64,000 bases of DNA from an uncultured Planctomycetota bacterium. Lineage in GTDB: Bacteria > Planctomycetota > Planctomycetia > Isosphaerales > Isosphaeraceae. Below the pieces are notes generated by a model. The model was not told the DNA's origin. It saw only the letters and a list, made by a program, of their open reading frames with translations, and made no database searches. Made by a program: the position numbers and the translations under genes. This document shows positions 41,864-54,100 of the stretch, piece after piece. Location of the stretch: contig CAWJTV010000044.1 in the NCBI GenBank assembly GCA_963845755.1, positions 1 through 64,000 of the forward strand, read 5' to 3'. Position 1 is the first letter of the stretch; each line of letters starts with the position of its first letter.

Positions 41864-42798
41864 TGAGCCCGGGAAGCCGAGCTGAAACCCCAGCGCCGAA
41901 TGCACATAAAGCGGGAAAAACCTCGTGGAAGGACGCGGCTCGCCAATGGGTGGGCCGGCTGTGCGTGCCCTGGTTGCCGCACTCGTACATGACGAATCTG
42001 ATCGACGATTATTATATCGATCAGGAGCCCAAGAGCTTCTTCAAGCAAGCCGTCCGCGACGAGGTGACGCGAAGGCATTACAATCGCACGGACGCGGGGA
42101 TCCGGGCCGACAACCGGAGTTTATTCTGGGGGGCCACCGCGGGGGTTCGATGGCACGAGGAGCGGCGACAGCGGTATCAGGACCGTCGGTCCTACGAGGC
42201 GTATCTCAGGGCATGCGGCCGCATGCTGGAACAAATCCATTGGTTGCTGGACCACTTCCCGTTCATCAACAACCTGTGTGAAATCGGCACCGGGCATGGC
42301 TTGATGCTCGACTATCTCTCGGGCCAACTGACCCAGATCGAGCGCTTCCATGGGATCGACCTGAGCGCGGAGCAGATTTCGCGTAACCAGGCGATCTATG
42401 CCGGCTCGAAAGTCGAATTCCTCCCCGTCGAGGCGGCCGACTACGTCGTCCAGCACTGTCGCCCGGGGACGCTCTTCGTGGCGTGCGGGGCGTTCGAGTG
42501 CTTCACGCAAGCCGAGCTGGAGGAGTTTCTCGCGTTGACGCTCAAGACGGTCGACCGGGTCGCCGTCGCGAGCTGCGACGCCGTTGACATCGACTACGAC
42601 CCGGAGGTCGAGCTCCATTCCCGGCCCAGGGGAAACTTGCTCTACAATCACAATTACCGCCACTTGCTGGAGAAACATGGTTACGAGATCTGTTTCGAAC
42701 ATGTCGAGCGCGCAAAGCCATTTTACGATCGTTTCTCCATCCTGGGAGTCGGTTTCCCCTGCGGCGCCATCAAACCTCATACGCGAACATCTCATTGA
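41863..42798 (+). CDS. Class I SAM-dependent methyltransferase
   Basis: CEIGTGHG, GIDLS. Confidence 0.75.
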   Translation: MSPGSRAETPAPNAHKAGKTSWKDAARQWVGRLCVPWLPHSYMTNLIDDYYIDQEPKSFFKQAVRDEVTRRHYNRTDAGIRADNRSLFWGATAGVRWHEERRQRYQDRRSYEAYLRACGRMLEQIHWLLDHFPFINNLCEIGTGHGLMLDYLSGQLTQIERFHGIDLSAEQISRNQAIYAGSKVEFLPVEAADYVVQHCRPGTLFVACGAFECFTQAELEEFLALTLKTVDRVAVASCDAVDIDYDPEVELHSRPRGNLLYNHNYRHLLEKHGYEICFEHVERAKPFYDRFSILGVGFPCGAIKPHTRTSH

Positions 42799-43468
42799 AT
42801 GACGCACAAGAGGACACCACGTCGCGGGCGAATCGCTCCGCCTCGAGCCCCTGGGGCAAACGCCGGTACGCGACCGAGTTGGCCGTGATCGAGCCGTTGT
42901 GACGGTCGGCCTCGTGAGGCCGCTCGAGCCAGGTGGACAGTCCACGTCCGACGTCGCCGTCCAGCGTGGGCCAGTTCGCCCTTTGCCGAACGACTTCGCG
43001 ATACTCGGGGTTCGCGACGAATTCCTCGTAGCGGCAGATCGTGAGCCGGTCGGAAGGGTGCGTCCGGCGCAATTCCATCACGGCCTCGGCCGAGGCGAGG
43101 AGCCGTTGCCGACGATAATCGAGGTCCCACGGAATCCGCTGGTTCGTCTCGTAGGTCGACAGGGCCACATGCCGGAGGTCGCGCACCAGCAGGACCACGT
43201 GCTCGGGCCCCCATTCGACCGCCTTGCGTATAGAGTCGGCGAAAACCTCTTTGACCCCCCATTTCTCGTGCTTGCGGGCCCAGCCGAGGATATTCCGGCC
43301 CTGGAAGCCCAGGCTGGCGGCCTGCGCACGGAGTCGCTCCATCCGGAACCGACCGCGGATCGGTTCATAGAGCACAACAGCGCGCCCGGGGACGGTCATT
43401 GCGTTGCACAGCATCGAAGTCCCGGATTTGGGGACCCCCGCTATCACAACGTCCATGCGGCGTCTCAT
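42770..43468 (-). CDS. Sulfotransferase-like P-loop protein
   Basis: IAGVPKSGTSML, YEP, WGVKEV, LVRDLR..S, RYEEFV. Confidence 0.8.
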   Translation of the reverse strand: MRRRMDVVIAGVPKSGTSMLCNAMTVPGRAVVLYEPIRGRFRMERLRAQAASLGFQGRNILGWARKHEKWGVKEVFADSIRKAVEWGPEHVVLLVRDLRHVALSTYETNQRIPWDLDYRRQRLLASAEAVMELRRTHPSDRLTICRYEEFVANPEYREVVRQRANWPTLDGDVGRGLSTWLERPHEADRHNGSITANSVAYRRLPQGLEAERFARDVVSSCASFNEMFAYEV

Positions 43469-44229
43469 GTCCGCCTCGATCTTCGCGCGCGAGTGCAAGG
43501 TTCGAGAGACTTCCCAACCTCGGGAACATTGGCCTCGCCACTCCAGAGGCCGGCCACCCAGGCCACTTCGTGAACCATCGGCTTGCCGTGGAAGACGATC
43601 ACCTTGGCATCCTCCGAAAGCCGGTGCGGCCGATCTTGCAGCTCGCCCCGAAAGTCGGGAAACCAGGAGCGAGGGAGCGGTTCCATGAGGCAGTGATTCG
43701 GCGTGACCTCCGGCCAGAGGTCACGCACGGTCCGGGTGTATACGTGCTCCCTCGTGACCGTGCAGCACGCATTGATCCAGTTCTGATCCCCGTAGATTTC
43801 GTTCATGACGTCCTGGGCCCGGCGCTCGAAAAGTTCCCAGACCCTCCGGTAACGTCCGATCTCGAACCGCATGAGAGCCGTGGCGAATTCGCCCTCCCTC
43901 CGGAACGTCGGCACGGCGACGAAGTCCCCGGGGTGACTCACCACGTCATCGATGTTTCGAATGATGACCATGTCCAGGTCGAGGTACAAGAGCGTGCCCT
44001 GGAGGTCGTGAATCCGGGATTGGAACAGGGCGATCTTGTTCCACCAGCCGGGCAGGTCCTCGACGAACGGCTTGGTCTCGACAGAACGGTCGATTCCACG
44101 AGGGTTGTCCGTCAGGCACAGAAACCGGTGGGGGACCCTCAGGTGGCTGCGCACGGCCCGTGCCAGGTGATTCACGTACTCCGCGGGATACTTCGTACCC
44201 CATTTGATGCAGACAACGTTCACGGTCAT
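43465..44229 (-). CDS. GT-A glycosyltransferase (GT8-like)
   Basis: VCIKWGTKY, WWNKIALF, LYLDLD, GDQNWI, VFHGKP. Confidence 0.8.
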   Translation of the reverse strand: MTVNVVCIKWGTKYPAEYVNHLARAVRSHLRVPHRFLCLTDNPRGIDRSVETKPFVEDLPGWWNKIALFQSRIHDLQGTLLYLDLDMVIIRNIDDVVSHPGDFVAVPTFRREGEFATALMRFEIGRYRRVWELFERRAQDVMNEIYGDQNWINACCTVTREHVYTRTVRDLWPEVTPNHCLMEPLPRSWFPDFRGELQDRPHRLSEDAKVIVFHGKPMVHEVAWVAGLWSGEANVPEVGKSLEPCTRARRSRRT

Positions 44230-44969
44230 GACGGGCGCTCCCGCAGCCTCGGATAGGGGGGCCGAGAGCGAATGATCCGATCGTTGCGCTGCTGCTCCCG
44301 ATATCTCCCGTCGTCGGTTCGCGATGAGTACTGACGGTTCAGGTGGTAGATGGGTTCGGAGATATGCCGTGCGCGACGTGTCCCGCAGAGCTCGAGCAAG
44401 GGGATCATGACCGCCAGGTCAACAGCCACCCGGAAATACCGGCCCTCGTCATCCCGGAGGTCATCATCTTTGACGAGGTCCCAAAGCCATCTCTTCCACG
44501 TCCGCAGATGGGTCGCCCGCCAGGGGGCGACACGGAAATCCTCGGTGCCGTCCGGGTAAGCGGGCCACATGCCGGAAGGACGCCCCGGGATGTCCGAGAC
44601 CCAACTGCCATACGTCATCCAGCAGGCGTGTCGATCATAGAACTCGACCAGGGTTGAGAGGGCGTGATCGACGTTGAGCCGGTCGTCTCCATCCAGGATC
44701 ACAATGACGTCCTCGGGATCGAGCGGGACCTGTCGGAGGGCGTAGACCAGGTTGGCCAGGGCATAACGGCGCTCTGAATTCCGACGGATGCCGATTCGCT
44801 CGTCTCGTTGCGCGGCTCGGATCGCCTCGTCATGGGTTTCATCACCGCAAGGATCGACGGTCACCACGGCCCGCCAGTTCTCGCACGTCTGCGCCAGGAG
44901 ACTATCCAGGCATCGACCGATGTACGGGGCACAGCGACCGCAGTTGATGACGACGAAGAGTCTTGCCAT
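44226..44969 (-). CDS. GT2-family glycosyltransferase
   Basis: YIGRCLDSLLAQ, ILDGDD, TYGSW, HLRT. Confidence 0.85.
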   Translation of the reverse strand: MARLFVVINCGRCAPYIGRCLDSLLAQTCENWRAVVTVDPCGDETHDEAIRAAQRDERIGIRRNSERRYALANLVYALRQVPLDPEDVIVILDGDDRLNVDHALSTLVEFYDRHACWMTYGSWVSDIPGRPSGMWPAYPDGTEDFRVAPWRATHLRTWKRWLWDLVKDDDLRDDEGRYFRVAVDLAVMIPLLELCGTRRARHISEPIYHLNRQYSSRTDDGRYREQQRNDRIIRSRPPYPRLRERPS

Positions 44970-45092
44970 GCGTGATCCACCGCGTCGCGGAACCATTTCG
45001 GAGCACTGGTCGCTTTGCAATGCCGTGGTCGAATCGAGATCCGTTCCGTGTCCCCGGAGGTTCTGGTGTTAGCCGCACCAGTCAATCTCATC

Positions 45093-45856
45093 TCAGTTTT
45101 TTCTCAGGATACAGCAATGCTGCCACTCGGGGTTGACCGGGGGGCACACCTTCGCGTCGGGAAAGAGCGACCTCATGAAGTCTACGGTAAAGTACGAACA
45201 GTAGGACTCGTTAGGCCGGCCCGACCGCGTCTGATGGCACATCTCGACGCCAGGCTCTACATAGAGTTCGTCGTCAATGACGATACACCACCTCGACCGG
45301 CTCGCCCGCTCGACCATGGCATCGATCGCATCGTCGTCGAGCTCGGGGAATTCGGGCTTCTGCCGTTCGAGCATGAATCGCACGTCGGTGCCCGAGGGAA
45401 GGCTGGGCGCCGACAAGGACTTGTCATAGGTCGGGTCGCAGAAGGTGAACGCCAGGACGCCCTCCGGTGCCAGCATGGCTCGTAGTTGCCCGACGAGCTC
45501 TACCATCTCGGTCCAGTCCGTGTGAGTGAACACGGAGAAGGCCAGGATTATGTCGAACTCCGAACCGCAATCCGGGACGGGAAGGCCGCGGATCCCCGCC
45601 GGGTTGTATTGAGAGCTGTAGCGGTCGTAGTGCACGAAACGGACCGATGGGTAGGCGAGGCGGCCCTGTTCGATCACGGTCCGGTTCAGATCGAGGCACA
45701 CGTACTTTCCATGGTCCACATTGTCTCCTGCGCCACCAGAAACGTGCCGATGTTCCCCCCGAAATCCAGCACCCTGCTGCCCTTCCATGCCGGGTGTTCG
45801 AGCAGACGGTCGAAGTAATCGAACTGGGTCACTCGGGTTGTGATCAGGTTCCACAT
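45093..45856 (-). CDS. Class I SAM-dependent methyltransferase (frameshift near 45735)
   Basis: VLDFGGNIG, FDIILAFSVFTH, LAPEG. Confidence 0.8.
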
Positions 45857-46010
45857 GGAGGGTTAGCTCCTTACCCGAGAGGTCCCCGGGCCATGCGATG
45901 GTTCCGCGTGAATTGGAGAAACCAGGGTTGGGAGACCTGGTGGCCTCGACAAGGGTACGGACCAGCTCGATCTCCATTCCCGGCTGAAGCACAACATTGA
46001 TGGTAGTTTC

Positions 46011-47749
46011 TCACGGCGAGTCCATCGGTAGTTCGATGAAGCCGCCGACCGGGACGAGGTTCGTCTGTGTGGGGTCGAATCCCAGGATGTAAGCGCCGCG
46101 GGTACCAAATCGCCGGTTCGGGTCGAAGGTGATCGGTCGAGTCAGGCCAGTGGGCTTCTGGTAGAAGTGCTCCAGTTGTTCGATCAGCTTTTCGCGACTC
46201 GCGTTCCGCCCGACCGAGGTCATCGCGTCGACGAAGATCTTGGCAGCCGCCAGAGCCGCGATCTGGGACGATCGCTGCTCCTCCGGTAATCCGTGGGCCG
46301 CCGCCAACCGCTCATATTCCGCCAGACCTTCGCGCGTGATGTCCGTGGGGAGTGTGGGGAAGGACAAGAAGAGGCGGTCCCACGCGCGGGAGCGCGACTT
46401 CAGAAACTCTTTGCCTGCAAGCCCCCCGGGCAACAGCACCAGGGGATGCCAGTCTCGCGACGAGGCATCGAACAGGTCATAGATCTCCCGGCTCTGCTGC
46501 GAGAGGATGAGTACCACCTCAACGTTCTCGGTTCTCAGGTGATCCCCCGTCTCGCGGGCGGCCGCACCGCGCGAGACCGGATGCAGCTCGACCGCCCCCC
46601 AACCAAGGCGCCGAAATTCCGTGCGCATCTCCTCAGCCAATTCGCGAGAGGACTCTTCGGATTCCGAGAACAAAATGGCGGCGGTTGGTCTCCGTTCAAC
46701 GAGCCGCTCGGCGGCAAATACGGCAAGAGCCCTTGCTTGGTCCTCGAGCCCCGAGTGGAGATGGAACACATAGCGATTGAGTGGTGAGCCCGACCTCGCG
46801 TATAGGCTGAAGGGGCCCAGGATCGGTACTCTCTCGTCCCGTGCCGCGTCCGTGATCTGATCCTCGGAGCCGGCAATGAATGGTGCGACCAGTGCAAACA
46901 TCGGCTGGTCCTTGAGGAACCGGCGCATGGCGGTTGCCCTGCCATCTGCGGATTCCGGCATCTCGAGGCAACGGAGCTCGATGAGACGGCCGTAGATGCC
47001 TCCCTGGTCGTTCACCACTCGAAAGTACGCAGAGAGCACGGACCCGACGGCACGATTCATGTCGCCCATCGAGGTCGAACGGGGCCAGGATCGTCCCCAC
47101 GACGATCCGACGATCCGTGATTCCCGGGTCGGCGTCGCGACCCAGCTCTTTCAGGAACCTGACGAGGTCATCGAGATCCTCTCGAGTTCAGCGCATATCT
47201 CGGCATCGAGGCATCGATCGCTCGGCCCGCGGAATCTCGGCCCATGGTGATCGCGTTCCTCACCGATCGCTCGTCGTAAGCGGGCCGCCGCCGGCCGCTC
47301 GGGTGAGAGGGGCCATATTCCTTGGTCAGCTCATCCCAGGTGATCGTTGCCGGGTTGATGCCGCCTTCCGCCTTACCAATGCCGTCGCGCCCGTGGCAGT
47401 TGGCACACGTCAAGACCGCGGCGGGAACGTCGGCGCCACTCCCTGCGAGCTGGGCCCGGATGGGCCGACCGGATGGGCTGATTCCCGTGAGATAGATCGC
47501 CTTGCCTCGACTCCCGGGGCTCGCGGGGGGGATGGGATCGATGCGGCCCGCGGGGCTCGCATTCCCCGAGAGAACCCCGAGTGATTCCGGCCCCTTCGAC
47601 ACCCGGGAAGAGGTCGAGGCGGTCGAAGAAGCCAGGGGGGCCGACGACGAGCTCGGTGAGCACCCCGCAGTCAACATCAGGAGCGCGCCGGCCGCCAACA
47701 GCCGGGATCCGGCGACATCACGAGCGCACACACGAAGGCCCTTCCTCAT
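46011..47749 (-). CDS. Lipoprotein-like monoheme cytochrome c fused to a periplasmic binding (LIV-type) domain; frameshifts near 47070-47170
   Basis: LTAGC lipobox; CANCH..MPRY; VNDQGGIYGRLIEL; PITFDPNRR. Confidence 0.8.
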
Positions 47750-49000
47750 GACGGCTTATCGTTCAGTACGGATTCGACGATCCGGATGATCTCCTCGGGC
47801 GGTCCCAGGCCCATCGCCTTCTTCCATAATCCGGTCGCCTCATTGCCGATGATGAAGATGTTGTTATGATCCTCCCTGGCCTGGATGCGCTGGCCGAGCT
47901 TGGTGAGTGCCGTGCTCACGTTTTCCTTCTCGCCGGTCAGGAAGTACCAGCCCGGGCGCGCGTGCAACTGCTCGGCGTAGGCCTTGAGCTTTTCGGGGTT
48001 GTCCGTATCGGGGTCGACACTCAGGCTGACGAGATACAAGTCCTTCCCGAGGCGGTCTTCGAAATGCACCTGCAACTTGGAGAAAGTGTCGATCAACTTG
48101 GGACAAGAGGCCCGGCATGTCGTGAAGAAGGCGGTGATGACGACGACTTTACCCTTGAGGATGTCGCTATAGAGGCGCACCGGTCTGCCATCCTGGTCGA
48201 TCAGGGGTACGTCGGCAAAGTACCGCTGGGCCGGCGACTCGGTGCTCGCCTGCGGTTCGATCATGCCTTGGACGGCCTTTGCCAGCGTGTCGGCCGGTGT
48301 CAAGCCGTGAATGCGTCGCCAGCGCCCCTCGGAGGCGCGTCCCATCAGCACGAATGGAGAATGCTCCGACTTGTTCGCCGTGAACACGCCCAGCGCCTTG
48401 AGCATGCGGTCCACGTCTTGTTTCGGACCGGTCAGCAACGTCCAGCCCCGGGAAGCGCCGAATTGCTGGCCCCAGGCCTTCAGCCGTGCCGGCGTGTCGG
48501 TTACCGGATCGACGCTGATGGAAACCAGGTTGACCTCCCGTCCGAGCCGGGCTTCGAGCCGACGCTGAAGCTGTCCGAAGTTGACCCCCATCGGAGGACA
48601 GACTCCCTTGCAGGTCGTGAAGATGAAGTTCATGACGAGGAGCTTACCCGGGGCCAGGTCGCGCGCAAGGTTGACCGGCCGACCGTCCTGATCGATCAAG
48701 GTCATGTCTGGGATGGTCAGTGTACCGGCGACGTCGTTGAACCCTCGGCGTTTGCGAGCCCGATGCAGCGATGGTCGGAGTTTCCGTCTTGCAGCACTCC
48801 GCATCGGACGGATCCGACTTCGGAATGGTCTCGGCTGCAGCGAGCGCCGGCCGCGAGGCTGCCGGTTCGCTGGGCTCCGCCACGGCCGGGGGAGACGGCG
48901 GCTCGGCGGTTCGAGACGGCTGGCAACCCGACAACCAAGCGAATGAGCACGAGACGATGACGTTAACCCACCGCCGGTCAATCCTTCTGAACTCGCACAT
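47746..49000 (-). CDS. Protein with two tandem SCO1/SenC domains (frameshift near 48740; start uncertain)
   Basis: FTTCKGVCP..H and FTTCRASCP..H; two LIDQDG and SVDP motifs. Confidence 0.88.
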
Positions 49001-51113
49001 CGTCTTCGATCGCCTCCAGGACCAGGTACTGGTCGTTGTTAAAACCTAACCCTCGTGACAGGCACTGAAGGTAGATGTAATAGAGTCCGGGCCGGGGCGG
49101 GGCGAAGTCAAGGACGTAGACCCCGTCGTCCTTTGGCGATGCCACATGCCGCTTGTGCCAGACGCCCGGCATGAGATTGGTGAGGACCTCCACATCGGTC
49201 AATCCCGAGACCGGGGCATTCGTCTGCTGGTCGGTCAATCGGAATCGCAGTCCCGCGTCCTTGCCGACGCCGATCTGCCGTCGCGAAACGAGGTGTTCGA
49301 CGTGAAGGTGGCCCACCCGTCGTTTCGCCTCCAACACCGGGTTCGGTTTGACGGCGGCGGTGAAGCAATGCACCAGGCGCGGAGAATCCAGGAGGAACAC
49401 CACGTCATAATCGCCCGGCTTTCGCAGTCGCACGGCCGTCTCATAGACTCCGGGCGACCCGCGTTCTTTCAAGCTGCGATCGACGACCAGCACCGCCCGG
49501 GTCTCGCGGCCGTAGTTGCTGAAGTTCCCCATGGGTGCGGCCATCCCCTCCTTGTAGTAGTACACCGCCTTGTCCATCGGATTGGCCACGAGCACGGCAT
49601 TCTCACCGGGTGCCGCGACGATTGCGTCTGCGGGAGACAATCGCGAGGCCTTGGCTGGAGGGAGCTGACCGCCCGGGAATGAGAAGACCTGCACGGGCTT
49701 CTTCTCGACTCCCACCGCCTTGAGCGGCACCATCAGCACCTCGGCGCTGCCGCGATGCCGCACGTAGGCCAGTTGGTCGGAGAAGGCCACCTGGTAGGGT
49801 TGATCTTCCACGTCCGCGGTCTGAACGATCCGATTCGTGGCGGCGTCGAGGATGTGAACGACATCCTTTGATGGATTCACGACGAAGCCCAACCGACCTT
49901 CCGGGGCGAACTTGATCTGGCCCAAACCCGGTTCGGCCTGGATTCGTGCAACGATCTCTCGTCGTGAACCGTCGATGACGGTGATCGCGCCGTCACCACT
50001 CGTGATATAAGCCATCTTGGCCAGCGGCGAGAACGCCACGGACGCGGGCCTGGCGCCCGTCCGGAGGCTGGCCTCGGGCTTCAACGACCGGGTGTTGATG
50101 ATGGTCGCCGTACCGTCCTCCCCGTTCGTGACGAATGCCAGGCGACCATCGTCGCTAAAGGCGATCTCATGTGGACCACGACCGGTGTTGATGTGCGCGA
50201 CACGCTCCCATCGGGTCGTGTCGATCGCCGTGATCCCCGACGCCGCGGCACCATCCGCGTTCTCCGAGTCGTCGGCCACCCAGAGCAAGCCCTCGTCGGG
50301 CTGGAGGGCGATCCGGCCGGGCCGGTTCTCGAGCGGTACGTTCCTCAAGACCTCCCAGCCGGCGGTGTCGATCACGGCGACCTTCTTGCTCTCGGGCAGG
50401 GAAACGTAGATGCGCGTCTCGCCCGAGGTCATCACCCAGTCCTCGCCGGGGCTCTCCAGGACGACCATGGCGAGCAGCTTGGTCCCGCCGAAGCTGAACA
50501 GGGGATCGACGACGGAGATGCTGGCCTCACCATTGAGCGTCAGGACGTGGAAGACATTCAGGTCCAGCTCGGCCTTGCCGAAGACGCTGCCGCCGAGGAA
50601 TGCTCGAACCTTCTGTTCACACGTCTTGGCGCCACGGATGTCGTTCTTGGCGATCAGGTCGAGCCACGCAGCCGGGTTGAGGTTGCGGACGGATTTACCG
50701 CCGGTGGTGTCGGTGATCCGGAAGCGGATCCGGACGTCGTCACCTTCCTGTAACTCCTCGGCCTGGAACTTCGCCGGATCGACGTGCTGCATCGAGAACT
50801 CGACGACGATGCCCTCGTGGGTCACTCGCTGCTGGAAGAGGGCAGGGGACCGAGGCTGCGGAGGCGACGTATCTGCCGTGGTCGCGTCCCGACTGCCCGT
50901 CTCGGTGACTCGATCCGCCACGATCGACGATCCCGACGCCTCTCGCCTCGACGACCGGCCGCGTACCACGACCGCTGCCAGCGCGGCGAGCGCGAGAGCC
51001 CCGACCACCGCGACCAAGACCAGTGCGCGGGACCGCGCGAGCGAACGAGTGTCCGGACGATGGCTCGGCCTGTCCACAAGGGTCATCGACGGTCTCGCGA
51101 GAGTGCGGAACAC
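48978..51113 (-). CDS. YncE/cytochrome d1-like beta-propeller protein with C-terminal YtkA-like domain
   Basis: Repeated P..IAFS.DG..AFVTN..TIID blades; N-terminal TM; GVY..F.PP.PG.Y. Confidence 0.8.
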   Translation of the reverse strand: MFRTLARPSMTLVDRPSHRPDTRSLARSRALVLVAVVGALALAALAAVVVRGRSSRREASGSSIVADRVTETGSRDATTADTSPPQPRSPALFQQRVTHEGIVVEFSMQHVDPAKFQAEELQEGDDVRIRFRITDTTGGKSVRNLNPAAWLDLIAKNDIRGAKTCEQKVRAFLGGSVFGKAELDLNVFHVLTLNGEASISVVDPLFSFGGTKLLAMVVLESPGEDWVMTSGETRIYVSLPESKKVAVIDTAGWEVLRNVPLENRPGRIALQPDEGLLWVADDSENADGAAASGITAIDTTRWERVAHINTGRGPHEIAFSDDGRLAFVTNGEDGTATIINTRSLKPEASLRTGARPASVAFSPLAKMAYITSGDGAITVIDGSRREIVARIQAEPGLGQIKFAPEGRLGFVVNPSKDVVHILDAATNRIVQTADVEDQPYQVAFSDQLAYVRHRGSAEVLMVPLKAVGVEKKPVQVFSFPGGQLPPAKASRLSPADAIVAAPGENAVLVANPMDKAVYYYKEGMAAPMGNFSNYGRETRAVLVVDRSLKERGSPGVYETAVRLRKPGDYDVVFLLDSPRLVHCFTAAVKPNPVLEAKRRVGHLHVEHLVSRRQIGVGKDAGLRFRLTDQQTNAPVSGLTDVEVLTNLMPGVWHKRHVASPKDDGVYVLDFAPPRPGLYYIYLQCLSRGLGFNNDQYLVLEAIEDDVRVQKD

Positions 51114-51195
51114 CAGGAGCGAGAAGGGCGCGCAAAACCCTTTCCCCTCATACTCGTCTCATTTCAGCCGGCGTGATCGCCACCTGTCAATCGCC

Positions 51196-54100
51196 TCATG
51201 GAGTGACCCGGAACAGGCCCCAGATGGCTTGCGTGTCGCCGTTACCGCTGGTCTGGCCAATGAACGTCCCGTAGAAATAGTCGCCCGGGACCTTGAACGA
51301 GCCGCCCGCGCTGTCGAACAGCATGTCTATGGTCTGTCCGGGGAGGATGAAGCGGCCGCCCATCCATTCCGACAGGGGGTTGAATCCCAGCTCCCTCGAG
51401 TCGTTCACATACGGCTCTTCCTGGAAGACGTGGCCGTGGACCACGGGGACCTGGCTGCTCCCGCCGGCATCGCCGCCTGCCCCGACCGGGTAGATCCAGC
51501 GGAACCGCACGGGCGTCCCGGCCTTGACCGTGAAGACCGGCGTCTGCGGGTCGGCATAAGCCAGCGGTTGGTTCGGTAGCTGCGGGCTGACAAGTCCGTT
51601 GGACAGCCGAGAAGCGGTACTCGCCGGTGCGGCGGGTGGATAGCCGCTGGTGGGGTAACGGTACTGGATCGGCTCGTTGCGATAATTGAGGGCCGGGTAG
51701 TTCGTACCCTTGTTTTTGTTATTGACATACGTGAAGGCATCGGTCTGCATCACGAGGGCGAGTTCACGGAACTCCTTGCCGTCGGCCTTCGTAACGGTCG
51801 CCGTGGCGCGGGTCCTCATCAGGTGGTTTTCGATCTTCGTGACCGTTCCTTTGGTATCATAGACATACTGATACTCGGGAACGAGATCCAGTTCGTGATG
51901 TCGCTTCGGCCATTTCGAGCCGAGCGGCTCGACGACCAGCGCACCGATGAGACCCTTGCGGTGCTGGATCAGGGGATCGGCGGGAGCCAGGTTGACCGAG
52001 CCGAGTTCGACGGGTGTCTGTATCAGCGTGTCATCCTGGTCGAAGGAGAGAGAACCTGCGTACCAGTACATGGTCCGGACGCCGGCCGGGTCGGCGGTCG
52101 CCTTCGGGTTGTAACCCACGTTCATCCCGTCGCCAGAGGTGATGTCGTACTCGACCAGTTGGGGATGCAAGCCGACGGATTTCGACGTGTTCAATGTCAG
52201 GGGTGTCGTATTGCTGGATAGCGCCAGGCGGGCGAATGGGTTCCCGGCAGCGAACTGACCGATGCCGGCAGCCGTTCCAAACGTCTGGTCACCCGGGTTG
52301 AACTGATTGATCAGGTTGATCTTGATCCAGTCACCGGCATTGGCCCGCAGGATTAGGGGTTCGACATGCATGTCTCCCCTGAGCTTGCCGTCGGGACCGA
52401 GGTCGTCGCCGTTCACGTAGATCAAGGCGTATGGGTTTTCGAGTTTCGTGGTTGACGCACTTGCAGACTGGAAGGGGAAATTGTGGCTCGCCTGTCCGCG
52501 TGAGTTGTAGTACAGCGTTCCGGCGGGCAGTACCTGCGCGACCGTCGATGCCACGATCGTGTATTCCTGCTTCTGGTCGGCGGGCGCAGCCGCGTAGAGT
52601 TTTTCGAAGTCGAGCGTATGGGGTGCCTTGCCCGCCTCATTGTTGGGAAGCGGCTTCAAGTAGGTGCGCGAGCGGGGATCCGAAGGCCCTCGCTTCGGCC
52701 GGTACCTGTGACCGAGATTGTACGCGGCCCCATCGTAGGCACGCAGGATTCCCCAGGCGCCGCTGGTCTGACCCTGGGCGTTCCCCGACGGCTCGTAGAG
52801 GTAATCGGCGAAATAGCGATGCTGAGTCTCCGTCTTGGCCGGGATGGTGAAATCCATCTCGAAGTGTTCCGAGAGCGAGATCGCCTGCGTGTTCTGGAAG
52901 CCGGAGTTGGTGTAGGACGGCTCGAAGTAATACTTCACACCGTGGATCGTGAAGCTATGCTCGTCCATGTGGGCACCCGCGAGCGCCCGCACCTGCACGC
53001 GGTCGTTGGCGTAGGCTCGCAGCATGGGCGTGTAAGGATCCCGTCCGGTCACGCCCCCCTCGTTCGGATCGGCCGAGAGCGGGACCAGCGGCGCCGAGAA
53101 GGATCGCGGGCTGCCAATGATACCTGTAAAGACGTAAAGGTCACTCGGGATCGGGGCGCCGAATTCTTTGATCACGTAGATCGTCAAGACCTTGCCCGGC
53201 ACCTCGATGGTCCACTCGTGCAAGACCGGGTTGAACGCGAGCTTGGCCGAATTCGGCAGCAGTACGCCCGCGTCCTCGAACGCTTTGACGATCTCCGGTG
53301 GGACGTTGCCACCCGGAGGGACCAGGTACTTCTTGAGCGCCGGATCCATCGCAAAAAAGGCCGGCTGAAGGTCGAGGTCGCCGTCACCCCGCTCGATCGA
53401 TGCATAGGCGTAGGCCAGGTCGGTTGATTCGGGCTTCCCGGGGACAGGAATCGCCACGCGCAACGGCAACGGCTCGTTGCGATAGCCCACCGAGTAGGTT
53501 CCGATCGTCCCGAAGCTGATCAACTGCGGCGTCAGCGGTGTCGGCGTGTTCGGGCCGACGCCGGGCGCGTTGACCGTGTTGGGCGGGTCCGCCCAGCCCG
53601 GTGCCATGTCTGGGGTGTAAAGTCCGAAATTGACATCGAGCGGGTAGCGCTCGGTGATGATCGGGTTTCCGGCAGCATCTTTCGCCCTGACATCATTGAT
53701 CTGGAACAGAAATGGCGACGTACCCGCCACGAGCGTGGCACCCGTTTCGGAAAGGTCGATACCGAAGGCCAGGAATTGAGAGCGAACGGGATCGGTCGGG
53801 CTATTCGGGATCACGTCGCCTGGCTTCAGTGTCGTGGTAATCTCGTTCTTGGCCGATGCGTTCAACGTGAAGAGCGGCCCGGCGGTCACGATTGTCGAGA
53901 CAAGGAATACGGGATCGATCGAATAAGCAACGACCGACGCCGGCCCTCCCGGGTCATTGATTCGGAACCCGATACCCGTGGGCGGGGTGACCAGGACGGC
54001 TTCGTTAGAGAGCGTGATGCTGTTCGTCTTGAAGTCGGCGCGGATGGGATCGCTCGCTGCGGGTGGTATCTTGTCTCCGACATTGAGGGCCTTGAGTTCG

